Under the pieces are notes generated by a model that saw only the letters and a list, made by a program, of their open reading frames with translations, searched no databases and was not told the DNA's origin. DNA of 64,000 nucleotides from Squalus acanthias (lineage: Eukaryota): assembly GCA_030390025.1 (NCBI GenBank), contig JASTWF010000338.1, positions 372,001 through 436,000 of the forward strand, in the 5' to 3' direction. The translations under genes and the position numbers were made by a program. Positions 25,125-38,560 of this stretch are shown here, one piece after another. Position 1 is the stretch's first letter, and each line of letters begins with the position of its first letter.

Positions 25125-28100
25125 AACCTGCCCTGGAGTGTTTGATGGGACAGTATAGAGGGAGCTTTACTCTGCATCTAACCCGTGCTGTACCTGCCCT
25201 GGGAGTTTTTGATGGGACAGTGTAGAGGGAGCTTTACTTTGTATCTAACCCATGCTGTACCTGCCCTGGGAGTGTTTGATGGGACAGTGCAGAGGGAGCT
25301 TTACTCTGTATCTAACCCGTGCTGTACCTGTGCTGGGAGAGTTTGATGGGACAGTGTAGAGGGAGCTTTACTCTGTATCTAACCTGTGCTGTACCTGCCC
25401 TGGGAGTGTATGATGGGATAGTGTCGATGGAGTTTTACTCTGCGTCTAACCCGTGCTGCACCTGCCCGGGGAGTGTTTGATGGGACAGTATAGAGGGAGC
25501 TTTACTCTGTATCTAACCCGTGCTGTACCTGCCCTGGGAGTGTTTAATGGGATAGTGTCGAGGGAGCTTTGTGCTGTACCTGCCCTTGGAGTGTTTGATG
25601 GGACAGTGTAGAGGGAGTTGTACTCTGTAACTAACCCCTGCTGTACCTGCCCTGGGAGTGTTTGATGGGACAGTGTAGTAGGAGCTTTACTCTGTAACTA
25701 ACCCCTGCTGTACCTGCCCTGGGTGTGTTTGATGGGACAGTGTAGAGGGAGCTTTACTCTGTAACTAACCCCTGCTGTACCTGCCCTGGGAGTGTTTGAT
25801 GGGATAGTGTAGAGGGAGCTTTACTCTGTAACTAACCCCTGCTGTACCTGCCCTGGGAGTGTTTGAAGGGATAGTGTAGAGGGAGCCTTTCTCTGTATCT
25901 AGCCCGTGCTGTACATTCCCAGGGAGTGTTTGGTGGGACAATGTAGAGCGAGTTTTACTCTGTATCTAACCCGTGCTGTACCTGCCCTGGGATTGTTTGA
26001 TGGGACAGTATGGAGGAAGCTTTATTCTGTATCTAACCCGTGATGTACCTGCCCTGGGAGTGTTTAATGGGATATTGTAAAGGGAGCTTTACTCTGTCTG
26101 CAACCTGTGCTGTACCTGCCCTGGGAGTGTTTGATGGGACAGTGTAGAAGGAGCTTTACTCTGTATCTAACCCGTGCTGTAGCTGCCCTGGGAGTGTTTG
26201 ATGGGACAGTGTAGAGGGAGCTTTACTCTGTATCTAACCTGTGCTGTACCTGCCCTGGGAGTGTTTGATGGGACAGTGTATGGGGAGCTTTACTCTGTAT
26301 CTAATCCGTGCTGTACCTGCCCTGGGAGTGTTTACTGGGACAGTGTACAGGGAGCTTTACTATGTATCTTACCCGTGCTGTACCTGCCCTGGGAGTGTTT
26401 GATGGGACAGCATGGAGGGAGCTTTACTCTGTATCTCACCCGTGCTGTACCTGCCCTGGGAGTGTTTAATGGGACAGTGTAGAGGGAGCTTTACTCTGTA
26501 TCAAACCAGTTCCGTACCTGCACTGGGAGTGTTTGATGGGACAGTGTAGAGGGAGCTTTACTCTGTAGGTAACTCGTGCTGTACCTGCCCTGGCAGTGTT
26601 TGATGGGACAGTGAAGAGGAAGCTTTACTCTGTATGTAACCCGTGCTGTACCTGCCCTGGGAGTGTTTGATGGGACAGTATCGAGGGAGCCTTACTCTGT
26701 ATCTAACCCGTGCTGTACCTGCCCTGGAAGTGTTTGATGGGACAGTGTAGAGGGAGCTTTGTGCTGTACCTGCCCTGGGAGTGTTTGATGGGACAATAGA
26801 GAGGGAGCTTTACTCTGTATCTCACCCGTGCTGTACCTGCCCTGGGAGTGTTTAATGGGACAGTGTACAGAGAGCTTTACTATGTATCTCACCCGTGCTG
26901 TACCTGCCTTGGGAGTGTTTAATGGGACAGTGTAGAGGGAGCTTTACTCTGTATCTAACCTGTGCAGTACCTGCCCTGGGAGTGATTGATGGGACATTGT
27001 AGAGGGAACTTTACTTTGTATCTATCCCGTGCTGTACCTGCCCTGGGAGTGTTTGATGGGACAGTGTAGAGGGAGCTTTACTCTGTATCTAACCCGTGCT
27101 GTACCTGCCCTGGGAGTGTTTGATGGATCGTGTAGAGGGAGCTTTACTCTGTAGCTAACTCGTGCTGTACCTGCCCTGGGAGTGTTTGATGGAACAGTGC
27201 AGAGGGAGCTTTACTCTGTATCTAACCCGTGCTGTACCTGCCCTGGGAGTGTTTGATGGGACAGTGTAGAGGGAGCTTTACTCTGTTTCTAACCCGTGCT
27301 GTACCTGCCCTGGGAGTGTTTGATGGGACAGTGCAGAGGGAGCTTTACTCTGTACCTAACCCCGTACTGTACCTACCCTGGGAGTGCTTGATGGGACAGT
27401 GTAGAGGGAGCTTTACTCTGTGTCTAACCCTTGCTCTCCCTGCCCTGTGAGTGTTTGATATGACAGTGTAGAGGGAGCTTGACTTGAACTAACCTCTGCT
27501 GTACCTGCCCTGGGAGTGTTTGATGGGACAGTGCAAAGGGAGCTTTACTCTGTATCTAAACCGTGCTGTACCTATCCGAGGAGTGTTTATGGGACACTGT
27601 AGAAGGAGCTTTACTCTGTATCTAACCTGTGCTGTTCCTGCCCTGGGAGAGTTTGATGGGACAGTGTAGAGGGAACTTTACTCTGTATCTCACCCGTGCT
27701 GCATCTGCCCTGGGAGTGTTTGATGGGACAGTGTAGAGGGAGCTTTGCTCTGTATTTAACCCGGGCTGTACCTGCCCTGGGAGTTTTTGATGGGACAGTG
27801 CAGAGGGAGCTTTACTCTGTATCTAACCCGTGCTGCACCTGCCCTGGGAGTGCTTGATGGGACAGTGTAGAGGGAGCTTTACTCTGTCTCTAACCCGTGC
27901 TGTACCTGTCCTGGGAGTGTTTGATGGGACAGTGCAGAGGGAGCTTTACTCTGTATCCAACCCGTGCTGTACCTGCCATGGGAGTGTTTGATGGGACAGT
28001 GTAGAGGGAGCATTACTCTGTATCTAACCTGTGCTGTACCTGCCCTGGGAGTGTTTGACGGGACAGTGTCGAGGGAGCTTTACTGTGTATCTTATCCGTG

Positions 28101-29492
28101 CTGTACCTGCCCTGGGAGTATTGGATGGGACCGTGTAGAGGGACCTTTACTCTGTTTCTAACCCGTGCTGCACCTGCCCTGGGAGTGTTTGATGGGACAG
28201 TGTAGAGGGAGCTTTACTCTGTATCTAACCCTTGCATGTCCCTGCCCTGTGAGTGTTTGATAGGACAGTGTAGAGGGAGCTTGACTCGAACTAACCACTG
28301 CAGTTCCTGCCCTGGGAATGTTTGATGGGACAGTGTACAGGGAGCTTTACTCTGTATCTAACCCGTGCTGTACCTGCCCTGAGAGTGTTTGATGGGACAG
28401 TGTAGAAGGAGCCTTACTCTGTATCTAACGCGTGCTGTACCTGCCCTGTGAGTGTTTGATGGGACAGTGTACAGGGAGCTTCACTGTGTATCTAACCTGT
28501 GCTGTACCTGCCTGGGTGTGTTTGATGGGACAGTGTCGAGGGAGCTTTACTCTGTATCTAACCCGTGCTGTACCTAAGAACATAAGAACATACAGAGTAT
28601 AGCTCCCTCTGCACTGTCCCATCAAACACTCCCAGGGCAGGTACAGTACGGGGTTAGACACAGAGTAAAGCTCCCTGTACACTGGGAGTGTTTGTTGGGA
28701 CAGTGTAGAGGGAGCTTTACTCTGTATCTAACCCGTGCTGTACCTGCCCTGGGAGTGTTTGATGGGACAGTGTAGAGGGAGCTATACTCTGTATGTAACC
28801 TGTGCTGTACCTGCCCTGGGAGTGTTTGATGGGATAGTGTAGAGGGAGCTTTACTCTGTATGTAACCTGTGCTGTACCTACCCTGGGAGTGTTTGATGGG
28901 ACAGTGTCGAGGGAGCTTTACTCTGTATCTAACCCGTGCTGTACCTGCCCTGGGAGTGTTTGATGGGACAGTGTAGAGGGAGCTTTACTCTGTATCTAAC
29001 CCATGCTGTACCTGCCCTGGGAGTGTTTGATGGGACAGTGTAGAGGGAGCTTTACTCTGTATCTCACCCATGCTGTACCTGCCCTGGGAGTGTTTGATGG
29101 GACAGTGTAGAGGGAGCTTTACTCTGTATCTAACCCGTGCTGTACCTACCCTGGGAGTGTTTGATGGGACAGTGTAGAGGGAGCTTTACTCTGTATCTAA
29201 CCCGTGCTGTGCCTACCCTGGGAGTGTTTGATGGGACAGTGTAGAGGGAGCTTTACTCAGTATCTAACCCGTGCTGTTCCTGCCCTGGGAGTGTTGGATC
29301 GGACAGTGCAGAGGGAGCTTTACTCTGTATCTAACCCGTGCTGTCCCTGCCCTGGGAGTGTTTGGTGGGACAGTGTAGAGGGAGCTTCACTCTGTATCTA
29401 ACCCGTGCTGTGCCTTCCCTGGGAGTGTTTTATGGGACAGTGTAGAGGGAGCTTTACTCAGTATCTAACCCGTGCTGTACCTGTCCTGGGAC
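25125..29492. repeat. 67-bp satellite, ~65 copies, with a small internal inversion
   Basis: Unit gggacagtgtagagggagctttactctgtatctaacccgtgctgtacctgccctgggagtgtttgat. A single remnant unit lies at ~10825-10890. Confidence 0.95.
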
Positions 29493-29787
29493 TGTGGAGA
29501 GGGATGTCACGTCCAGGTACAGTTTCATTTTTACCATCACTTGCACCGATCATCACCCACTGGAGGTTTAAATCAGGAGCTTCTGTGTGATGGTGAGGTG
29601 ATCACTGGACAATAAAGTGCAGAGACTGGTGGGTGGCTGCTCATTATCCTCGGTGTGATTTAATCCCCTTTCCCACTGAATACTGCGGACAGACAGGCTC
29701 ACCTTGGGAACGGAATGGTCAGTGTGACATCACTTTCTAAACAAGAGCCCACAAGACAATGGGTTCTCAATAAATGTTAAAGGGATT

Positions 29788-30425
29788 CTAAGGCAAATGG
29801 TATGTTGGCCTTCATAGCGAGAGGATTCGAGTACAGGAGCAAGGATGTCTTGCTGCAGTTGTACAGGGCCACACCTTGAGTATTGTGTGCAGTTTTGGTC
29901 GCCTTATCTGAGGAAGGATGTTCTTGCCATGGAGGGAGTGCAGCGAAGATTCACCAGACTGATACCTGGGATGGCAGGAATGACGTATGAGGAGGGATTG
30001 GGTCGATTGGGCTTATACTCGCTGGAGTTTAGAAGAATGAGAGGGGATCTCATTGAAACGTATAAAATTCTGACAGGACTCGACAGAGTAGATGCAGGAA
30101 GGATGTTCCTGATGGCGGGGGAGTCCAGAACCAGGGGTCATTTAGGACCGAGATGAGGAGGAATTTCTTCACCCAGAGAGTGGTGAACCTGTGGAATTCT
30201 CTACCACAGAAGGCAGTTGAGGCCAATTCATTAAATATATTCAAGAAGGAGTTAGATATATTTCTTAAGGCTAAAGGGATCAAGGGATATGGGGAGAAAG
30301 CAGGGACAGGGTACTGAATTTGGATGATCAGCCATGAAACATAGAAACATAAAAGATAGGAGCAGGAGTAGGCCATTTGGCCCCTCTAGCCTGCTCCGCC
30401 ATTCAATGCGATCATGGCTGATCAT
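29788..30425 (+). mobile_element. CR1 3' fragment (+) abutting an inverted CR1 3'-tail fragment
   Basis: PHLEYCVQFWSPYLRKD...GLYSLEFRRMRGDLIE; tail-to-tail 3' UTR from ~30337. Confidence 0.8.
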
Positions 30426-31581
30426 CTTGATCTGAACTGGGTTCAATGTGAGACAGTTCGGGGAGTCAGGCATCATTCACCCCTAGACCTGCACTGACAG
30501 ATTAAACCCCAGACAGCTCCTTAGTAAGGATTGCTCTGGTTCCTCACCATATATGTGTCAGGATACTGAAACCCAGCTTTCTCACAGTCCACTCCTGGAG
30601 GCCCCACTCCCTGAGCCTACAACCTTCAGCAGGGTCAGTGCTGGAGTTCCACAGCGGGAGTGATCCCAGAGTAACTGTTGGGATCGCACCCCGTGGATGT
30701 TCCGGGTCGTGTATCTTTAGTTATCCTGGTGTCCAACACGCACACATCAATAAAACAGGGAATTCCTGGAAACACGCTGCAGGTCCTTCTTTATCTGGAG
30801 ATCAAATGTCTGTTGTGTAATTGTACCAGCAGTTAACAGGCTCCTGTGAACTCCTCCCTCTGCTATTTTAATGCAGACTTTAATCAATTTATTTTAAACG
30901 GGTTTATTTTAAATGAGCTAACACCTGCCTTAAAATGGTAGACTCAGGACTGTCTCACACACATATTAAATCTTCGTGGAATAATTACCAGTCATTTTGA
31001 GACTGGAAACTTAACCCTGCTGTTTCACTTTCAGTCAGGAACAGATCACAGTTTGACACCAATCTCTGATTTGACAGCACGTTTCCAGCATTCACTGTTG
31101 TTCTTCCTGACTCTAAACACAGTTGTAAAGGAGCCTTCTGTTCCGTGCCCAGGAGCTCTGACCCATGGAAGAGAGCGGCTGGGACACATTCCTTACAGGT
31201 CTCAAGATTAACCTGCACGGGGACATTGCTGTCAGAGAAGAGAGACGAGAAAGACCAAAGTGCCGTTTGCCCCTCTCAGTGTGGCCCTGAAGGACTGTGT
31301 CCAGGCTGTAGTTCTGTTACCGCCGTACGATCCTCCCCCCAGATTGTCCTTTCTGAGCTCCAGCCAGGTGATGCTAAACACTCAGGTGAGAACGACAAAA
31401 ATCCACAACAATGTGTTTAAAGCAAACTGATTTATTTGACAGATATCCAGAATATTCAACTCCAGCCCAGTTACAAGGGTTATTAACATCAGCAGAAACA
31501 AACCCCAACTGTCAGAATGAACACGATTCAGTCCGGGATCTGATTAACAGCAGCAATAACAGCAGAATCTAACCTCTGCTG

Positions 31582-32703
31582 TCACTTGTGAACTCGCTGG
31601 TGTCTCAGCAGGTTGGAAGACCGATTGAATTCCTTCCCACACTCAGAGCAGGTGAACGGCCTCTCCCCAGTGTGAACTTGCTGGTGTCTCAGCAGGGTGG
31701 ATGACTCAGTGAATCCCTTCCCACACTCAGTGCAGGTGAATGGCCTCTCTCCAGTGTGAACTTGCTGGTGTCTCAGCAGGTTGGAAGACCGAGTGAATCC
31801 CTTCCCACATTCAGAGCAGGTGAACGGCCTCTCCCCAGTGTGAACTTGCTGGTGTCTCAGCAGGGTGGATGACTCAGTGAATCCCTTCCCACACTCAGTG
31901 CAGGTGAACGTCCTCTCTCCAGTGTGAACTTGCTGGTGTCTCAGCAGGTTGGAAGACTGAGTGAATCCCTTCCAACATTCAGAGCAGGTGAACGGCCTTT
32001 CCCCAGTGTGAACTTGATGGTGTCTCAGCAGGGTGGATGACTCAGTGAATCCCTTCCCACACTCAGTGCAGGTGAACGGCCTCTCCCCAGTGTGAACTTG
32101 CTGGTGTCTCAGCAGGTTGGAAGACCGAGTGAATCCCTTCCCACATTCAGAGCAGGTGAACGGCCTCTCCCCGGTGTGAACTCGCTGGTGTGTCAGCAGG
32201 TGGGATGACTGAGTGAATCCCTTCCCACACTCAAAGCAGGTGAACGGCCTCTCCCCAGTGTGAGTTCGCTGGTGCACAGTGAGGTCAAATGATCCCCTGA
32301 ACCCAGTCCCGCAGTGAGAGCACCTGAACGGTTTCTCGTCAGTATGAACAAGTTGATGGCATGTCAGTTCCCCGGAACATTTAAAGCACTTCCCGCAGTC
32401 CGGGCATTTAAAAGGTTTTTCGTCAGTGTGAACTCGCTGGTGCTGCAGCAGGTGGGATGAATTAGTGAATCCCTTCCCACATTCAGAGCAGGTGAACGGT
32501 CTCTCCCCGGTGTGAACTCGTCGATGAGTTTCCAGCTCACACGGGTAGTTGAAACGCTTCCCACAGTCCCCACATTTACACGGTTTCTCCCCGGTGTGAC
32601 TGCGCTTGTGACTCGACAGGCCAGAGGATCGGCTGAAGCCTCGTCCACACACAGAACACGTGTACGGTTTCTCCCTGCTCTGAACGGTGCTTTCTGCTTC
32701 CAT
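31582..32703 (-). CDS. C2H2 zinc-finger protein, 13 fingers (373 aa from MEAEST)
   Basis: Uninterrupted ORF, acceptor at 32798-32800 (minus), ATG at 32703. Paralogue of the 15105 gene. Confidence 0.9.
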   Translation of the reverse strand: MEAESTVQSREKPYTCSVCGRGFSRSSGLSSHKRSHTGEKPCKCGDCGKRFNYPCELETHRRVHTGERPFTCSECGKGFTNSSHLLQHQRVHTDEKPFKCPDCGKCFKCSGELTCHQLVHTDEKPFRCSHCGTGFRGSFDLTVHQRTHTGERPFTCFECGKGFTQSSHLLTHQRVHTGERPFTCSECGKGFTRSSNLLRHQQVHTGERPFTCTECGKGFTESSTLLRHHQVHTGERPFTCSECWKGFTQSSNLLRHQQVHTGERTFTCTECGKGFTESSTLLRHQQVHTGERPFTCSECGKGFTRSSNLLRHQQVHTGERPFTCTECGKGFTESSTLLRHQQVHTGERPFTCSECGKEFNRSSNLLRHQRVHK

Positions 32704-33274
32704 GCTCAAAGATCCTGATGAATCGAGTGACTCTGTCAGATATTGAAGTAATGTTTGGTTTGTGTTTCCTGTCTGCAAATCCTCCCCTTCTAATACCCTG
32801 TAAAATGAATTTAAAACAGGAAAAAGGGAGGGTGAGAGAGAACCCACAAAAACACAAAAGCAGGTTGTGAAATTGAGCTCAATGAATCTGGGAATTTGTG
32901 GAGCCGGCACTAGAAAAAAGTGACCATGAAAGCTGCCGGATTGTCGTAAAAACCCAACTGGTTCACTAATGTCCTTCAGGGAAGGGAACCTGCCACCCGG
33001 TCTGGGCCTACACAAGACTCTGGCCTCTATGGGAGGAGAGAGAGCGAGGTGGGAGTGGGAGGGGTGAAGGAGTTACTTTATATATCTGCAACTCGACTGG
33101 AACTTTGACAGCACCTCCCAAACACGCGACCTCCACCACCTAGAAGGACAAGGGCAGCAGGTGCATGGGAACACCATCACCTCCCAGTCACACACTATCC
33201 TGACTTGGGCATATATCGCCGTTCCTACATCGTCGCTGGGTGAAAATCCTGGAACTCTTCACCTAACAGCATTC

Positions 33275-33890
33275 TGAGAGTACCAGAACTGTCCACAGTA
33301 CTCCAGGTGTGGTCTCACCAAGGCCCTGTATAATTGCAGGAAGAATTCTTTACTCTTATACCCCAATGCATTTGTAATAAAGGCTAACTTACCATTTGCT
33401 TGCTGTACCTGCATGTTAACTTTCTGTGATTCGTGTACAAGGACACGCAGGTCCCTCTGAATACCAACATTTCCCAGTCTCTCACCATTTAAAAAATATT
33501 CTGCTTTTCTATTTTTCCCACCAAAGTGGATAACTTCACATTTCTCCACATCTGCCATGTTCTTGCCCACTCACTTAACCTGTCTATATCCCTTTGCAGG
33601 CTCTTTGTTTCCTCCTCACAGCTTACTTTCCCATCTAGCTTTGTATCGTCAGCAAACTTGGATACATTTCACTCGGTCCCCTCATCGAAGTCATTGATAC
33701 AGATTGTAAATAGCTGAGGCCCAAGCACTGATCCTTGCTGTACCCGACTAGTTACAGCCTGCCAACCCGAAAGTGACCCGTTTATCCCTACTCTCTGTTT
33801 TCTGCCCGTTAACCAATCCTCAATCCATGCTAATATTTTACCCCCAACCCCATGAGCCCTAATTTAGTGAAATAACCTCTTGTGTATCAT
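33275..33890 (-). mobile_element. CR1 RT fragment (duplicate of 16050-16665)
   Basis: Near-identical sequence and ORF 33259..33570. Confidence 0.8.
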
Positions 33891-34230
33891 TCTGTGATTC
33901 TATGAAATCTGCGTTCTTCCCACTCGGGCCTCTTGTACAACCCCCACTCCCTAGGCTCCACCATTGGCAGCCGTGCCTTCAGTTACCTCGGCCCCAAGAT
34001 CTTTGACCAAGTCTTTGGTCACCTGTCCGAATCTCTCCTTCTTTGGCTCGGAGTCAGTTTTTGACGGATTTCGCTCTTGTGAAGGGCCTTGGAACGTTTT
34101 ACTACATTAAAGGCGCTATGTAAATGCGAGTTGTTGTTGGTGTGCTGCCATTGGCCTCAGCTTCGCCAGACAGAATCAGCCAGGGATGGCAGCTGTGCTG
34201 CTCCCCATGGTCGAAGTGCTGGCAGCTCAT

Positions 34231-34665
34231 AGTATCGGCTCAAAGCTCAGAATTACCACTCGGCAAGGTACTGGAGAGCAAACAGTGACTGGGACCGAAC
34301 CCCACCATCACACAGCACCTTCAGTATAGGCTCACAGCTCAGAATTACCACTCGGCAAGGTACTGGAGGGCAAACAGTGACTGGGACCGAACCCCACCAT
34401 CACACAGCACCTTCAGTATAGGCTCACAGCTCAGAATTACCACTCGGCAAGGTACTGGAGGGCAAACAGTGACTGGGACCGAACCCCACCATCACACAGC
34501 ACCTTTAGTATCGGTTCAAAGCTCAGAATTACCACTCGGCAAGGTACTGGAGGGCAAACAGTGACTGGGGCCGAACCCCACCATCACACAGCACCTTCAG
34601 TACAGGCTCACAGCTCAGAATTACCACTCGACAAGGTACTGGAGGGCAAACAGTGACTGGGACCG
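34231..34665. repeat. 92-bp minisatellite, ~4.7 copies (one more copy at ~36030-36140)
   Basis: agtat...cagcacctt recurs at 34231, 34323 and 34415. Confidence 0.9.
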
Positions 34666-36021
34666 GACATATAGAGTGGATAAAGGGGAACCAGTGGACG
34701 TAGTGTATTTAGACTTCCAAAAGGCATTTGACAAGGTGCCACACAAAAGATTATTGCTTAAGTTAAAAAATGGATAGAGGATTGGCTATCTAACAGAAAG
34801 CAACGAGTTGGGATAAATGGTTCATTCTCAGACTGGCAATCAGTAACTAGTGGTGTTCCACAGGGGTCAGTGCTGGGTCCCCAACTCTTTACAATCTATA
34901 TTAACGATTTGGAGGAAGGGACCAAGTGTAACATATCAAAATTTGCAGATGATACTAAGATGGGAGGGAAAGTAGTGAGTGAGGAGGACATAAAAAACCT
35001 GCAAGGGGACATAGACAGGCTAAGTAAGTGGGCAGAGATTTGGCAGATGGAATACAACACTGGAAAGTGTGAGGTGATGCACTTTGGCAGGAAAAATCCT
35101 AGAGCAATTTATTATCTTAATGGCAAGAAACTGGAGAGTACTGAAGTGCAAAGGGATCTGGGGGTCCTGGTGCACGAAACTCAAAAGGTTAGTATGCAGG
35201 TGCAGCAAGTGATTAAGAAGGCAAATGGAATGTTGGCTTTCATTGCTAGGGGGATAGAATGTAAAAATAGGGAGGTATTGCTTCAGTTGTACAAGGTATT
35301 GGTGAGACCGCACCTGGAATACTGCATACAGTTTTGGTGTCCTTACTTAAGGAAAGACATCCTTGCTCTCGAGGCAGTGCAAAAAAGGTTCACACGGTTA
35401 ATCCCGGGGATGAGGGGGTGGTCATATGAGGAGACGTTGGGTAGATTGGGACTCTACTCATTGGAGTTCAGAAGAATGAGAGGCGATCTTATTGAAACAT
35501 ATAAGATTGTGAAGGGGTTGGATCGGGTGGATGCGGGGAGGATGTTCCCGATGACGCGTGAGACTAGAACTAGGGGACATAGTCTTAGAATAAGGGGCTG
35601 CTCTTTCAAAACTGAGATGAGGAGGAACTACTTCACTCAGAGGGTGGTAGGTCCATGGAATATGCTGCCACAAAAAGCTGTAGAAGCTACATCATTAAAT
35701 AAATTTAAAACAGAAATAGACAGTTTCCTAGAAGTAAAGGGCATTAAGGGTTACGGGGAGCGGGCAGGAATTTGGACATGAGTCTAGGTTCGGATTGGTC
35801 ATGGCCCTGTGGGTAGTGGAGCGGGCCCAGGGACCGTGTAGCCTGATTCTGCTCCTATTTCGTGTGTGCAATTCTGTTAGATGCAGGAGATGGTTCTGTG
35901 ATAGTAGATAGTAGATTGGCGGTTAGGATCAGATCAGCCATGATCTTATTGAATGGCGGAGCAGGCTCGAGGGGCCGATTGGCCTACTCCTGCTCCTATT
36001 TCTTATGTTCTTATGTTCTTA
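34666..36021 (+). mobile_element. CR1 LINE 3' portion, close relative of the 7738-10825 family
   Basis: ORF 34870..35781 (FADD...WT); (ttcttatg)n tail. Confidence 0.9.
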
Positions 36022-36335
36022 TGACCGCACCATCACACAGCACCTTCAGTATAGGCTCACAGCTCAGAATTACCACTCGGCAAGGTACTGGAGGACAAAC
36101 AGTGACTGGAGCCGAACCCCACCATCACACAGCACCTTCAGGAGAGAAAGGGAGAAAAATCCGAGCCTGCGATGAGTCTGGATTTCAAACAGCGAGGATG
36201 TGGTGAGGAGGGGGAGTGTGTGGGACGGGGGATTTACAGATTAGGAGGGGCAAGAGAGGAAAGAATGTTCCAGAGAAACTAGAACTGTCTGTTCAGAATT
36301 TCTATCCTGTACCGACAGTGATGGCTTTTGTAAAT

Positions 36336-36770
36336 TATGAAGACAGGTTGCATAGACTAGGCGTCTACTCCCTTGAATATTGAAGATTAAGCGGTGATCT
36401 AATTGAGGTGTTTAAGATGATTAAAGCAGTTGATCGGGTAAACAGAGAGAAACTATTTCCTCTGGTGGGGGAGTCCACAGCAAGGGGGACATAACCTTCA
36501 AATCAGAGTCAGGCCGTTCAGGGGTGATGTCAGGAAGGCCTTCTTCACACAAAGGCTACTGGAAATCTGGAACTCTCTCCCCCAAAAACTGCTGCAGCTG
36601 GGGTCAATAGAAGATCTCAAAACTGAGTTTGCGAGATTTTTGTTAGTCAAGGGTACTAAAGGTTACGGAACCAAGGTGGGTAGATGGAGCTCAGACACAG
36701 ATCAGCCAGGATCTAATTGAATGAGGAACAGGCTCGATGGGCTGAATGGCCTCCTCCTGTTCCTACCTAC
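36336..36770 (+). mobile_element. CR1 3' fragment with ~16-bp TSD, inside an orphan ZNF intron/acceptor remnant
   Basis: YEDRLHRLG..SL...RL.GDLIEVFK; flanked by tgatggcttttgtaaa / tgatgacttttgtaaa. Confidence 0.7.
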
Positions 36771-37096
36771 AATGATGACTTTTGTAAACAGCTTTTACAG
36801 GATATTAGGAGGGGAGGAGATGCAGACAGGATTAATCCTGGGCCCCTCCTGTTCCGATGACAGACTGAACCAATCACACAGCTCGGTCTCAGATTGAATT
36901 ATTCCTCTCTCCAGCCTGTAACCGAGGAAACTTGTAACACTGAGGCTGAAATTCCATTTCCGTGAGCCGGGGATGCAGGCAGTGCTGGGCACAGAGGGAG
37001 CAGCAAACCGGGTTCAGAGTGGGCACGCTGGGATTGCTCTTGACCTGAGTTTTGCAGTGAGCATGTGCTGGGACCCAAGCTCATTGGAAAAAGGAT

Positions 37097-37988
37097 GGAC
37101 TCCAACCCTGGGACTGTAAATGGGGATTCTAACCCTGGGACTGTACATGGGGATTCCAACCCTGTGACTGTACATGGGGATTCTAACCCTGGGACTGTAC
37201 ATGGGGATTCTAACCCTGGGACTGTACATGGGGATACCAACCCTGGGACTGTACATGGGGATTTTAACCCTGGGACTGTACATGGGGATTCTAACCCAGG
37301 GACTGTACATGGGGATTCTAACCCTGGGACTGTACATGGGGATTCTAACCCTGGGACTGTACATGGGGATTCTAACCCTGGGACTGTACATGGGGATTCT
37401 AACCCTGGGACTGTACATGGGGATTCTAACCCTGGGACTGTACATGGGGATTCTAACCCTGGGACTGTACATGGGGATTCTAACCCTGGGACTGTACATG
37501 GGGATTCTAACCCTGGGACTGTACATGGGGATTCCAACCCTGGGACTGTACATGGGGATTCAACCCTGGGACTGTACATGGGGATTCTAACCCAGGGACT
37601 GTACATGGGGATTCTAACCCTGGGACTGTACATGGGGATTCTAACCCTGGGACTGTACATGGGGATTCCAACCCTGGGACTGTAGATGGGGATTCCAACC
37701 CTGGGACAGTACATGGGGATTCTAACCCTGGGACTGTACATGGGGATTCTAACCCTGGGACTGTACATGGGGATTCTAACCCTGGGACTGTACAAGGGGA
37801 TTCTAACCCTGGGACTGTACATGGGGATTCCAACCCTGGGACTGTACATGGGGATTCCAACCCTGGGACTCTACATGGGGATTCCAACCCTGGGACTGTA
37901 CAAGGGGATTCCAACCCTGGGACTGTACATGGAGATTCTAACCCTGGGACTGTACATGGGGATTCTAACCCTGGGACTGTACAAGGGG
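37097..37988. repeat. 27-bp minisatellite, ~33 copies
   Basis: Unit ggggattctaaccctgggactgtacat. Confidence 0.95.
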
Positions 37989-38129
37989 AGCCCAGCTCTG
38001 GTGCTCTTCTGTTACAATTGTGTTGGGTGTTAAACGTATGCCAGCGCCTTCAGGAGAGATGGTGAGAAATCCGAGGTGTGAAGAGTCTGAATCCAATAAC
38101 TCTATCAATGATTTACTCTCCCGGGCACT

Positions 38130-38560
38130 GAAGCCCCGCCACTTTTTGCTCCTGCACGAAGATGGCCGCTAATAGGCTTGGCTACTCACTGAATCAAGAT
38201 GGCGGCGCGCTTAACCCGCCCGCTTCCCTGCACAAAGATGGCGGCCGTTATCCTGGGCTTGTGACCGGGAGAAGCCCCGAAGCTGCAAACGCGGGACCTT
38301 CAGGTTATTATTCGGGGCTGGCGGCCTACACTAGTTGTTTATGAAGCCTTCCCGTCCACCCCTGGTCCATAGCTCCGTTCCCGCAGGCCGTTTCTTACCG
38401 ATTTTTCGGAGACCACGTCGCCACCACGCTCATCCGGCATTACACGCGCCTGCGCACTGAGCTCCTGTAGTCTGGGTGCGGCACATTCTCCCCCGCGGGG
38501 AATGCTGGGTAAAAGCCCCGCCATTGAAAGGCCACATTAGTGATTGGAACAGAATTTACT
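38130..38560 (-). promoter_or_regulatory. CpG-island promoter, probably for the 13-finger ZNF
   Basis: Three AAGATGGC(G/C)GC YY1-like motifs and GCGCCTGCGCA; paralogous to 17494-17930. Confidence 0.6.

Noticed and set aside
25125..29492. Regular repeat array superficially like CRISPR
   Set aside because: Head-to-tail 67-bp units with no unique spacers and no cas genes, in a eukaryotic context.
32704..33015. N-terminal extension of the ZNF ORF (MCRPRPGG...), also at 15471-15782
   Set aside because: It starts at a non-ATG codon and runs through a splice acceptor into intronic, SINE-like sequence; MEAEST is the more plausible start.
36899..38033. Repetitive ORFs on both strands
   Set aside because: Artefacts of a 27-bp minisatellite whose unit length is a multiple of 3.
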